NCBI GenBank assembly: GCA_043809315.1
Contig: JAZDDX010000019.1
Location: 1-11,890, forward strand
DNA: 11,890 nt
Origin: Pseudomonadota bacterium
GTDB taxonomy: Bacteria; Bdellovibrionota_G; JALEGL01; DATDPG01
Reading direction: 5' to 3'
A program made the position numbers and the translations under genes. Positions within the stretch are counted from its first letter, which is position 1, and each line of letters opens with the position of its first letter. This document shows, piece after piece, positions 1 through 7,611 of this stretch. A model generated the notes under the pieces. The model ran no database searches. It was not told where the DNA came from and worked only from the letters and a program-made list of their open reading frames with translations.

Positions 1-404
1 TGGGCGTGCGAGTTCTTGATCGTCTCGAGTTCGCCGGTCGTTCGGAGGAACGTTTTCGCCCGGAGGAGGAGCGCCTGCACGGCTTCTTTCACGACCGGCG
101 CGGCAATCCAGTCGTGAATCTTTCCCTCCGCCTGCAGCGTCAGCGCGGCGGGGATTTCGTTCGCCGATGTCGCCACCAGAACGGTGTAGGTGGGGACCCC
201 GAACGGGCATTTCCGGATCGCTTTGTGAAAGAACGAACGGTCGAAGATCGCGCAAAGGAACGTCCGTCTCCGGACCAGGTCGGCGCATTCGTCGAGGGAG
301 TCGGCGGGAGTCGTCCGGTGCCCCGCTGCAGCGATCGCTTTCTTGATCGGCTCGAGGATGGCGGGATCCGCGATCCCGGTCAGGATCCAACGTTCGCTAC
401 TCAT
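1..404 (-). CDS. 5' part of a signalling protein with an N-terminal degenerate receiver (REC)-like domain; runs off the left edge
   Basis: Hand translation from the ATG at 404 is open to the window edge: MSSERWILTGIADPAILEPIKKAIAAAGHRTTPADSLDECADLVRRRTFLCAIFDRSFF...TVLVATSANEIPAALTLQAEGKIHDWIAAPVVKEAVQALLLRAKTFLRTTGELETIKNSHA. The alternating beta/alpha pattern fits REC (CAIFD as beta3, VLVAT as beta4, DWIAAP at the DYxxKP position). The start overlaps the dusB stop (ATGAGTAG). Confidence 0.7.
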   Translation of the reverse strand, partial: MSSERWILTGIADPAILEPIKKAIAAAGHRTTPADSLDECADLVRRRTFLCAIFDRSFFHKAIRKCPFGVPTYTVLVATSANEIPAALTLQAEGKIHDWIAAPVVKEAVQALLLRAKTFLRTTGELETIKNSHA

Positions 405-1353
405 TCGAGCGGTCCAAACTGTCGAAGAACTGTTCCGTCATCTCGACGATCTTGGCGACGGACCTCTCCCGAAAAACCCGGAGTCGAAATTCGGCCGAGT
501 TCTTGAGCCCCTTCGTATACCAGGCGAGATGTTTCCGGAACGTCATCAGGGCGCCGTGGTGCATGAGGTAGAACGACAGATGGAGGTCGAGGTGCTCGAG
601 GACCGTGTCCCGCATCTCTTCCGATGTGGGGTTTCGGCCGGAGAAGATCCACGGATTTCCGAGCGCGGCGCGCGCGATCATCACGCCGTCGCATCCGGTC
701 TCGTTCCGGAGCTTGTCGATTTCAGCGGGAGTTCGGACGTCGCCGTTTCCGACGACCGGGATCGATACCCGTTCTTTGACCGCGGTGATCAGGTTCCAGT
801 CGGCCTGTCCCTTGAACCTCTGTGCCCGGGTTCGTGCGTGGACGGTGATCAGGTCGGCCCCCTCTTGTTCCAGGATCGAGGCGACCTCGACGCAGGTTTT
901 GTACGCCTCGTCCCAGCCGGCGCGAATCTTGACCGTCACCGGAACGGAGACGGCGTTCCGGACCGCCCGGACGATCGAGCCGGCCAACGGGGGATCTTTG
1001 AGAAGTGCTGCGCCGCTCCCGAGATTCACGACGTTCTTGGCGGGACACCCCATGTTGATGTCGATGAAGGCGGCGCCGTGCGCCTCGGCCTTCTTCGCCC
1101 CTTCCGCCAGATCGTTCGGATCACATCCGGCGAGCTGCATCCCGACCGGCTGCTCCTCCGGATCGAGGGTCGCGATCTCCCGCATTCGCGGCGAGGTGGC
1201 TCGAAGGAACCCCTCGGCATGAATCATCTGCGTGCAGACGACCCCGCATCCGTGTTTCCGCGCGATCCGGCGGAACGGAACGTCGGTAATCCCCTCCATC
1301 GGTCCCAGGAACAGGGGACGCGGGAAGGTCAGTTTTCCGATCGAGATCGACAT
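397..1353 (-). CDS. dusB: tRNA-dihydrouridine synthase, DusB/NifR3 type
   Basis: Motifs GPMEGITDVPFR, QLAG, DINMGCP (catalytic Cys), GSGAALL, VTVKIRAGW, TVHARTR, GNGDV, GVMIARAALGNPWIF and FRKHLAWY; 318 aa. Confidence 0.95.
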   Translation of the reverse strand: MSISIGKLTFPRPLFLGPMEGITDVPFRRIARKHGCGVVCTQMIHAEGFLRATSPRMREIATLDPEEQPVGMQLAGCDPNDLAEGAKKAEAHGAAFIDINMGCPAKNVVNLGSGAALLKDPPLAGSIVRAVRNAVSVPVTVKIRAGWDEAYKTCVEVASILEQEGADLITVHARTRAQRFKGQADWNLITAVKERVSIPVVGNGDVRTPAEIDKLRNETGCDGVMIARAALGNPWIFSGRNPTSEEMRDTVLEHLDLHLSFYLMHHGALMTFRKHLAWYTKGLKNSAEFRLRVFRERSVAKIVEMTEQFFDSLDRSNE

Positions 1354-1368
1354 GGGCGCGAGGGGCGG

Positions 1369-1397
1369 AAAGTAGCCGAGCCGTCCGCGAACTTCAA
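1369..1397 (-). promoter_or_regulatory. Putative sigma70-type promoter of dusB
   Basis: Minus strand TTGAAG (1397-1392), 17-nt spacer, TACTTT (1374-1369), then 15 nt to the ATG at 1353; no SD. Confidence 0.5.
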
Positions 1398-1421
1398 GGA
1401 TCGATCGAATTTAGGTAGGCT
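1393..1421 (+). promoter_or_regulatory. Putative promoter of the thioesterase gene, back to back with the dusB promoter
   Basis: TTCAAG (1393-1398), 17-nt spacer, TAGGCT (1416-1421), then 9 nt to the ATG at 1431; the -35 overlaps the dusB -35. Confidence 0.35.
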
Positions 1422-1430
1422 GTGGCCCCT

Positions 1431-1928
1431 ATGTCTCCTGCCATCCCGATTGCCAACCCTTTCAGCGACGTCCCCGGGTTCGAATGTTTTGCCTGTGGGG
1501 CAGGGCATCCCCATGGGCTTCAGTTGAAGCTTCAGAAGGTCGACGACCAGGTCTTCTGCCGTTTCAACGCCCGAAAGGAGTTCAGCGGGTTTTCCAACAT
1601 CCTTCACGGCGGGATCCAGGCGACGATCTTGGACGAGGTGATGTGGTGGGGGGCGTTCGAATCGCGCGGGCTCCTCTGCCTGTCCCAATCGATGGAGATC
1701 GAATACCGCGCCCCGATCCACATCGGCTCCGACATCGTGGCGATGGCGCGGGTCACGAACGAGGGGGAGAACACGGTCGATCTGGTCGGCGAGTTGAGAA
1801 TCGGTGAGGAGATCTACGCGAAAGCGGACGGGCGGTATTTCTTTCCTTCCGCTCGGCTATTAGCTCGTGTCCTGGACGTTCCGACCGAGGAGCTTCATCC
1901 CAAGTTGCGTTCGTTCGTGTGCAAGTGA
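1431..1928 (+). CDS. PaaI/hotdog-fold acyl-CoA thioesterase
   Basis: N-terminal CFACG..HPHGLQL motif, HGGIQATILDE hotdog catalytic helix, and IEYRAPI strand. ATG 1431 is preferred over GTG 1422. Confidence 0.88.
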   Translation: MSPAIPIANPFSDVPGFECFACGAGHPHGLQLKLQKVDDQVFCRFNARKEFSGFSNILHGGIQATILDEVMWWGAFESRGLLCLSQSMEIEYRAPIHIGSDIVAMARVTNEGENTVDLVGELRIGEEIYAKADGRYFFPSARLLARVLDVPTEELHPKLRSFVCK

Positions 1929-3220
1929 GCCAAAAAGAGGCTCTCCATCTCCTCGACCCAGAGAAGGAGCTTCTCATCGAGATTCCGGCGGGTGACGAAC
2001 TGAACCCCCATCGGTAGGCCGCTTCGGGATTTCGCGAACGGCATCGAGACCGCAGGCAGCCCGGCGTACGTCCAGGGGGCGCTCATGATCCGGTTTCCGG
2101 TGGATGCCAGTCCTTTGGGAGCGGGACCGGTCGAGGAAGGGGAGATCCAGAGATCGATGTCCTCCGAGTCCATCAACTTCTCAATCTGGTCGGCGAGTTC
2201 GAGCCGTCCCGCGCGGAGAGTCTTGACCTCGTCCGGGCTGATTCGTTGCCCTTCGCGGATCGTCTGAGCGGTTCCGGCTCTATAAAGAGCGTTGTACTTC
2301 TGGAACCAATCGCGGTGGACCCGTGCCATCTCGGCGCAGAGCAGACGCCGGGCCGCCTCGTCCAGCTTCCTAATGTTCTCGAATAACTTGGTGGGGCGGA
2401 TGACATATCCGGCTTCTTTGAAGGAGGTGAGACGGGCCTTGAAGATCTCTTGCCCCTCCGGCTCCAGTTCCGCCAGGTACGTCTCGTCCGGGAGACCGAG
2501 AACCGGACGCCGGTCGAGCACCGGCATCTCCCAATTGTCGACAAGGATCGAACCAAGCCCGCGGGCCCCCGAGACATCCTGCGAGAACCAGCCGACATGA
2601 TCCATGGAAGGGGCGAGCGGAATCACCCCTTGAAAGGGGACGCGGCCGTAGGTCGGCTTGAACCCGACCACGCCGCAGTAGGAGGCGGGTCGTATGATCG
2701 ACCCGATCGTCTGAGATCCGATCGCGACCGGGCAGAACCCGGCGGCGACCGCGGCGGCCGAGCCGCTGCTCGACCCTCCGGGGGTGTGCTCCAGATCGTG
2801 CGGATTCCTCGTCGGACCTGGTTCGGAGAGGGCGAACTCCGTCGTCACGCTTTTTCCCAGGATCAGCATTCCCGCTGCGCGGAGCAGGGAGACCACGGTC
2901 GATTGAGCCCCTTCGAATGTTTCGGGAGGGAGCGCACTTCCCGCACTCGTCGGGAAGCCGTTGACCCGGAAGATGTCCTTGACGGCGACCGGGACACAGA
3001 AAAGGGTCGGCCGCTCTCGGTAATCGACATGCTTTTGCAATGTCTCCTTGGCTTCGGAGAGAAGGCGCATCCGGCGCCCCGGCTCGGGAAGAAGAGCGTG
3101 GATCTTCTTGTCCGTCTCCGCGATCCAGTCCGAGAGCTCCGTATAATATTTTTGGGGATCGAGAAACCCGTCCCGCAGGCGTCGGGAGGTATCCGCGAGA
3201 AATGACGGACGTGTGAACAT
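1895..3220 (-). CDS. Amidase signature family enzyme (GatA-like fold, substrate unknown)
   Basis: VAVKDIF (catalytic Lys), GKSVTTEFA, TRNPHDLEHTPGGSSSGSAAAVAAG, GSQTIGSIIRPASYCGVVGFKPTYG and GLPMGVQ. Start placed at ATG 3220 (alternative GTG 3247) because of the promoter-like site just upstream. Confidence 0.92.
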   Translation of the reverse strand: MFTRPSFLADTSRRLRDGFLDPQKYYTELSDWIAETDKKIHALLPEPGRRMRLLSEAKETLQKHVDYRERPTLFCVPVAVKDIFRVNGFPTSAGSALPPETFEGAQSTVVSLLRAAGMLILGKSVTTEFALSEPGPTRNPHDLEHTPGGSSSGSAAAVAAGFCPVAIGSQTIGSIIRPASYCGVVGFKPTYGRVPFQGVIPLAPSMDHVGWFSQDVSGARGLGSILVDNWEMPVLDRRPVLGLPDETYLAELEPEGQEIFKARLTSFKEAGYVIRPTKLFENIRKLDEAARRLLCAEMARVHRDWFQKYNALYRAGTAQTIREGQRISPDEVKTLRAGRLELADQIEKLMDSEDIDLWISPSSTGPAPKGLASTGNRIMSAPWTYAGLPAVSMPFAKSRSGLPMGVQFVTRRNLDEKLLLWVEEMESLFLAHLHTNERNLG

Positions 3221-3228
3221 GTTGTCTT

Positions 3229-3257
3229 GTTGTAATCGACCCGCCACGAAGGGACAA
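3229..3257 (-). promoter_or_regulatory. Putative sigma70-type promoter of the amidase gene (near-leaderless)
   Basis: Minus strand TTGTCC (3257-3252), 17-nt spacer, TACAAC (3234-3229), then 8 nt to the ATG at 3220. Confidence 0.4.
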
Positions 3258-3280
3258 GAAGCGAGGCACGAGGGGGAACG

Positions 3281-6200
3281 CTATGCTTGGATCTCCGTTG
3301 TCTCCCGCTCGGGCGGATCGAAGACAACGGGAAGTTCATTGAGAGCCGGAAGCTCGAGCGGCGGAGCCGCAAGTTCCGCATTTCCGGACGCCAGGGAAGT
3401 GCGCAGATAGACTTCGAGGCGCCGGTTTTGTCCCCCGGTTCCGTCGTAGAACAGATTCACGATCGGCATTCCGAGATCGGCGCTGACTTCGCGGAAGATC
3501 GCGGTCGTGATCGTTCCCGGCATGCAAGTGAACGGCGCCACGTTGACGACCATCTTCGCCTTTTGCCGGGCGAACTGGACCGCTCGACCGACGGTTAAGA
3601 TCGCCTCCCCGCCGACGCTTTCCGGAAGGTACGGCTCGGCGGCGTCGAGGATGTCGTAGAGCTTCGGCTCGTGTCGTTCGTCCAGAAGAGGGGAAGCGGC
3701 CTCGTACAGCTTCTTCTCCCAGTGAAGCATCCAGCGCCATTTGATGTACGCCTTCCCGAGATCTTTCGAGAAGCGGGCGTCGTGATGGCTCCAGACGTTC
3801 CGCATCGAGGAGGTGAAGAGGATCCACTCCGAAAGTGGCGACATCCACGCCTCCGCCCCGAGACGCTCGACCGAACGGACGACATCCTCGTTGGCGTACG
3901 TATTGTTCCGGACGTAGATCTCCCCGACGATTCCGACGAGGGGGCGTTTTCTTCCTCGTTCCCTCGGAATCGATGAAACGATCCGGATCGATTCCCGGAT
4001 CGCCGCCGCAAGGTCTCCGCCGGTTTCGATCACCTTCGCGATCTTGGCCCGTTCCCCTTCGAGTTGGTAGTTGGTGTCTCCGGCGCGCAGTTCGTACGGA
4101 CGGATCTTGCACCCCGCCTTCATCAGGATGTCGCCGGCTACCATCCCTTTCCAGAGCGCCCGGCGAACCGGTTCCTCGAGTCCCTGAAATGCTTTGAAGT
4201 GCGACGGGGCCATGATCGGAACGTCGGTGTACCCCTCGCGATCGAGGATCTGGCGGTGCAGCGTGATGTATTGCCCGAACCGGCACGGTCCCTGCGCCGT
4301 CGGCATGAAGAAGGCGTGTCTCTGCGATGTAGCCGATGTGCGCAGAACGGTCAGAAGGCTCCCGATCGTAAGAGCGGTCGGGAGGCACTCCGCGCCGCGC
4401 GTGACCGAACGCCCCAGTTCGAACGATTGCTCGGTCTCGAGCGGAAGGGCGCGGGCGTCGTATCCGTTCCCCCGCAGTGCCGCCGCAAAAAACTCCGTCG
4501 TGAACGGGTGCATGTTCGGGATCCAGAGGATCCGATCCCGCAGGTTGGACACGGGGGGAGCGGATTCCAGGCGTTCGACCGAATTCTTCCGCGGCCTCTT
4601 GAGGACGTCGAAGAACGCTTCGATTCTCGTCATGTACCCGGTGTCGGAGCCGTGCTCGTCCAGTTCCAGCGTCAAGTATGGCTTGTTCCCCATGATTTCG
4701 GTTGCGTACGACAGCAGGAACGAGTCGGGGCCGCAGCTGAAGTTGGTGAAATAGATGGCGTCGGAGGAATCGTTTTTCGACACATCTTCGAGCGCCGCGA
4801 GAATCTTTTGTCCGTACCCCCAGTAGATGTTTCGGTATCGTTCGCCGAGGCGGGAGAGATCGAGGGTCAGGAAATCGATCGGGATGACCGTTCGTCCCTG
4901 ATCGGCGATCTTTTCGGGAAGACCTAAGTTTAACCCGTTGTCGTAGATGTTGTAGGGGCGACCGACGAGGATGAGGTATTTTTCTCCACGCGAGAGAGCC
5001 TCCTGAATCGCGATGAGTCCCTCCTCGCGTAGCTGTTGGTCGAACTTTCTCTGCACCTCGTATGCATCCCGCCAGGCGGTTTCGATCTGTCGCCGGTTCC
5101 GGTGGAGAGACTTCGCGAGAGCCGCGGAGATCTTCCGGACAAGCTTCGCTTCCGGCAGGCGCAGGTCGACGATCGGAAAGAGGATCCGGCTGGCGTCGAG
5201 GCCATTCAGTTTGAACGCCGCCCGCGTGTACGAGGGAGTTGCCTGGACGTACGGACAGAAGCTCGAAGTGGTGACATGTTCGCTGGGGACCTCGTGCTTC
5301 ATCTGCGGGAGGAAGATGAAGTCGACGCCTTCCTTCATCGCGAGCACGGCCGAATGCCCGAGGAAGACTTTCGCGGGGAAACAGAACTCGGCGCCGCTCA
5401 AACGGTTTCCGAGATCCCGGATCTCCTGCGTGGTCGGACCGGAAAGTTGCACGTTGTATCCGAGCCGGTTGAAGAAGCGCCGCCAGAGAGGGAGATAGGT
5501 GTAGATACTGAGCGCTTGCGGAATCCCGACGACCGGCGCGTCTTTCGGCGCCTCGATCCCCCGCCCCGATTCCTGCCAGAGCTTCTGCCGGCGGCGGATC
5601 AATCGTCCGTGCCGGTTCACCTTCATCTTCTTCTCCCCCGGCTCGCGTCCGCACATGTATCCCCACGAAGGGCTCTCCGGGACGCCGTCGATGTCGGCGT
5701 AGGTGATCGTGCAGTTGTTGTTGCAGAGCTCGCACTCCTCTTTCCGGAGCGCCACCCCCCGCTCGTCGAGGTCGAGACCGCGGAACGACGTCCGCTCCAG
5801 ACCGCGCGTCTTCATCAGATTCTGTGTGAGGAGCGCGACACCGTACGATCCCATCACATGACAGTACGGGGAGACGACGATCTCGACGTCGAGCAACCGC
5901 TCGAACGCGGCAACCAACGCCGGGTTCCGCGCCGTCGCCCCCTGGAAGAAGATCTTCTCGCGGCTCCGGTACCGGTTTCCGACCACCTTGTTGAGGTAGT
6001 TCTTCACGACCGAAACCATCACTGCGGCGAATGCCTCCGGCGGGGCGGCCCCCCCCTGGACCAGCTTCGACATGTCCTGTTCCATGAAGACGGTGCAGCG
6101 ATCGGTGGCGCGCGGCGGATGGACGCCGAGAACCGCGGGACCCGCCTCCGAGATCTTGAAACCGAGTTTGATCGCCTGCTCTTCCACGAAGGAGCCGGTT

Positions 6201-7534
6201 CCGGCGGCGCAGACGTAATTCATGTTGGAGTCGCGGATGTTCCCGTCGACGAGATGCATGTACTTCGAGTCCTGCCCCCCGATCTCGAAGATCGTGTCGA
6301 TCGTCGGATCGACGTGGGTCGCTCCGGCCACGTGCGCGGAAATCTCGTTGACCACCGCGTCCGCGCCGATCACGACACCGACGATCTTCCGACCGCTGCC
6401 GGTGGTCCCGGAGCCGAGGATCGTAAGCTCGGAGTTCTTCCCCTTTGCGAGGTTCCGTAAACCCCGAAAGAGAAGTTTCGTCGCACCGATCGGGTCGCCC
6501 GATGTTTTTCGGTAAATGTCGGCGACGACGTTCCCCGCGTCGTCGATCAGGATCGCTTTGGTACTGGTCGATCCGATGTCGACGCCGAGGTACCCCCGGA
6601 TCGGTTCCCCGACGTTCCAGCGGGTGACGCGGACTTCATTCTGGTCCGAGTCTTCGTACGATTCTTGCGTCGCGAACGAAGGGTACTTTGATTTTTCCAT
6701 CGTCAGGGGCCACGGGAACCGGGGGAGGGTCGAGATGTCGGTCTTCGCTTTCATCGTCGGAAAGAGACGGACGCTCTCGCTTTTCCTTCCGCTCAAGGCG
6801 GCGCCGCACGCGGCCAGAAGATGCGGATTCGCGGGAACCGAGATGAGATCGGGCCAAGCGGTCTCGAGCCACCGGATCACCTCTGCGTTGAGGGCGACGC
6901 CGCCGACGACGGCGGTCTTTCCGTCGAGCGGGCGGCCGTGAAGGAGGGTCCCGAGGAGGGTCTTGGTCATCCCGCGGCAGAGGCCGGACCACATATCCAT
7001 CCGGCTGCACCCCTCCTGCTGGCGATGGATCAGATCGCTCTTCGCGAAGACCGCGCAGCGCGTGGCGATCGAGGGGGGGTCGGGGTTATGGAGGAAATTC
7101 TTCGCGTCATCGTACGAGATGCCGAGGCGCCCCGCCTGCTCATCGAGGAACGATCCGGTCCCGGCGGCGCACATCGAGTTGGTGGAATACCCCTGGAAGT
7201 TTCCGTGCTCGTCGAGCTGGATCAGCGTCGCGGAGCCGCCGCCGATGTCCATGATGTAGCGGGCGTCGGGGACGAACTTCCGGATCGCGTCGAGTTGGCA
7301 GAGGGTGACGTCGCGGTACGGGATCCCGAGGGTCCCGGCGAACAGCTCGGCGTTGCAGCCGGTCACTCCGATCGTATCGTGTTCGGTGACGCCGAGAAGA
7401 TCGAAGGCGGTGTCGAGGAGTTCCGCCGGTTGTCCGTGATGGCGCTCGTAGAAACTGACCAGAAGAGTGCCCGAGGCGTCGAGCCGAACGCCTTTGAAGA
7501 AGAGAGCCCCGATATCGATTCCGACGAACGCCAT
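3281..7534 (-). CDS. Fused acyl-CoA dehydratase activase (2x ASKHA/BcrAD-BadFG) + DUF2229 + 2-hydroxyacyl-CoA dehydratase-like Fe-S protein; candidate plasmalogen/ether-lipid synthase (PlsA-PlsR fusion/Ger-like)
   Basis: Two activase modules (GIDIG..DIGGG..CAAGTGSFLDEQA..RCAVFAKSD and GVDIGSTSTK..EIGGQDSK..CAAGTGSFVEEQA..RCTVFME), a Cys linker CELCNNNC..YMCG, then VGIPQAL..EFCFPAK..FCPYVQ..GRPYN..NFSCGPDSF..LELDEH, then AECLP..GPCRFGQY..VGIVGEIYVR..PFTCMPG; 1417 aa. Confidence 0.9.
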   Translation of the reverse strand: MAFVGIDIGALFFKGVRLDASGTLLVSFYERHHGQPAELLDTAFDLLGVTEHDTIGVTGCNAELFAGTLGIPYRDVTLCQLDAIRKFVPDARYIMDIGGGSATLIQLDEHGNFQGYSTNSMCAAGTGSFLDEQAGRLGISYDDAKNFLHNPDPPSIATRCAVFAKSDLIHRQQEGCSRMDMWSGLCRGMTKTLLGTLLHGRPLDGKTAVVGGVALNAEVIRWLETAWPDLISVPANPHLLAACGAALSGRKSESVRLFPTMKAKTDISTLPRFPWPLTMEKSKYPSFATQESYEDSDQNEVRVTRWNVGEPIRGYLGVDIGSTSTKAILIDDAGNVVADIYRKTSGDPIGATKLLFRGLRNLAKGKNSELTILGSGTTGSGRKIVGVVIGADAVVNEISAHVAGATHVDPTIDTIFEIGGQDSKYMHLVDGNIRDSNMNYVCAAGTGSFVEEQAIKLGFKISEAGPAVLGVHPPRATDRCTVFMEQDMSKLVQGGAAPPEAFAAVMVSVVKNYLNKVVGNRYRSREKIFFQGATARNPALVAAFERLLDVEIVVSPYCHVMGSYGVALLTQNLMKTRGLERTSFRGLDLDERGVALRKEECELCNNNCTITYADIDGVPESPSWGYMCGREPGEKKMKVNRHGRLIRRRQKLWQESGRGIEAPKDAPVVGIPQALSIYTYLPLWRRFFNRLGYNVQLSGPTTQEIRDLGNRLSGAEFCFPAKVFLGHSAVLAMKEGVDFIFLPQMKHEVPSEHVTTSSFCPYVQATPSYTRAAFKLNGLDASRILFPIVDLRLPEAKLVRKISAALAKSLHRNRRQIETAWRDAYEVQRKFDQQLREEGLIAIQEALSRGEKYLILVGRPYNIYDNGLNLGLPEKIADQGRTVIPIDFLTLDLSRLGERYRNIYWGYGQKILAALEDVSKNDSSDAIYFTNFSCGPDSFLLSYATEIMGNKPYLTLELDEHGSDTGYMTRIEAFFDVLKRPRKNSVERLESAPPVSNLRDRILWIPNMHPFTTEFFAAALRGNGYDARALPLETEQSFELGRSVTRGAECLPTALTIGSLLTVLRTSATSQRHAFFMPTAQGPCRFGQYITLHRQILDREGYTDVPIMAPSHFKAFQGLEEPVRRALWKGMVAGDILMKAGCKIRPYELRAGDTNYQLEGERAKIAKVIETGGDLAAAIRESIRIVSSIPRERGRKRPLVGIVGEIYVRNNTYANEDVVRSVERLGAEAWMSPLSEWILFTSSMRNVWSHHDARFSKDLGKAYIKWRWMLHWEKKLYEAASPLLDERHEPKLYDILDAAEPYLPESVGGEAILTVGRAVQFARQKAKMVVNVAPFTCMPGTITTAIFREVSADLGMPIVNLFYDGTGGQNRRLEVYLRTSLASGNAELAAPPLELPALNELPVVFDPPERETTEIQA

Positions 7535-7551
7535 GAGGTAAGGAGCGCGGG

Positions 7552-7580
7552 AACCTACTGAATTTCGCGAAGAAATTCAA
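7552..7580 (-). promoter_or_regulatory. Putative sigma70 promoter of the 1417-aa gene with an overlapping 8-bp inverted repeat (candidate operator)
   Basis: Minus strand TTGAAT (7580-7575), 17-nt spacer, TAGGTT (7557-7552), then 17 nt to the ATG at 7534. The inverted repeat TGAATTTC-gcgaa-GAAATTCA (7559-7579) covers the -35 and spacer. Confidence 0.5.
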
Positions 7581-7611
7581 GGGGATGACTATGTTCGCGA
7601 TCTTACAGAAC

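Noticed and set aside
6-506. Plus-strand 166-aa ORF as the real gene at the left edge
   Set aside because: It is an antisense shadow. The minus-strand ORF from 404 has protein-like composition and is coupled to dusB.
397-1430. dus gene as the integration site of a genomic island
   Set aside because: No integrase, att-like direct repeat or compositional break is visible next to dusB.
1895-3220. Calling the amidase gatA
   Set aside because: There is no gatB or gatC nearby, and it has GSQTIGSIIRPA instead of the GatA-typical GSDTGGSIRQPA.
3336-5735. 799-aa alternative-frame ORF and other long shadow ORFs (343..1527, 2370..3269, 4064..4927, 5036..6460, 7858..8850)
   Set aside because: They are Arg/Pro/Gly-rich or exact antisense frames of well-supported genes, with no recognisable motifs; expected from GC-rich codon bias.
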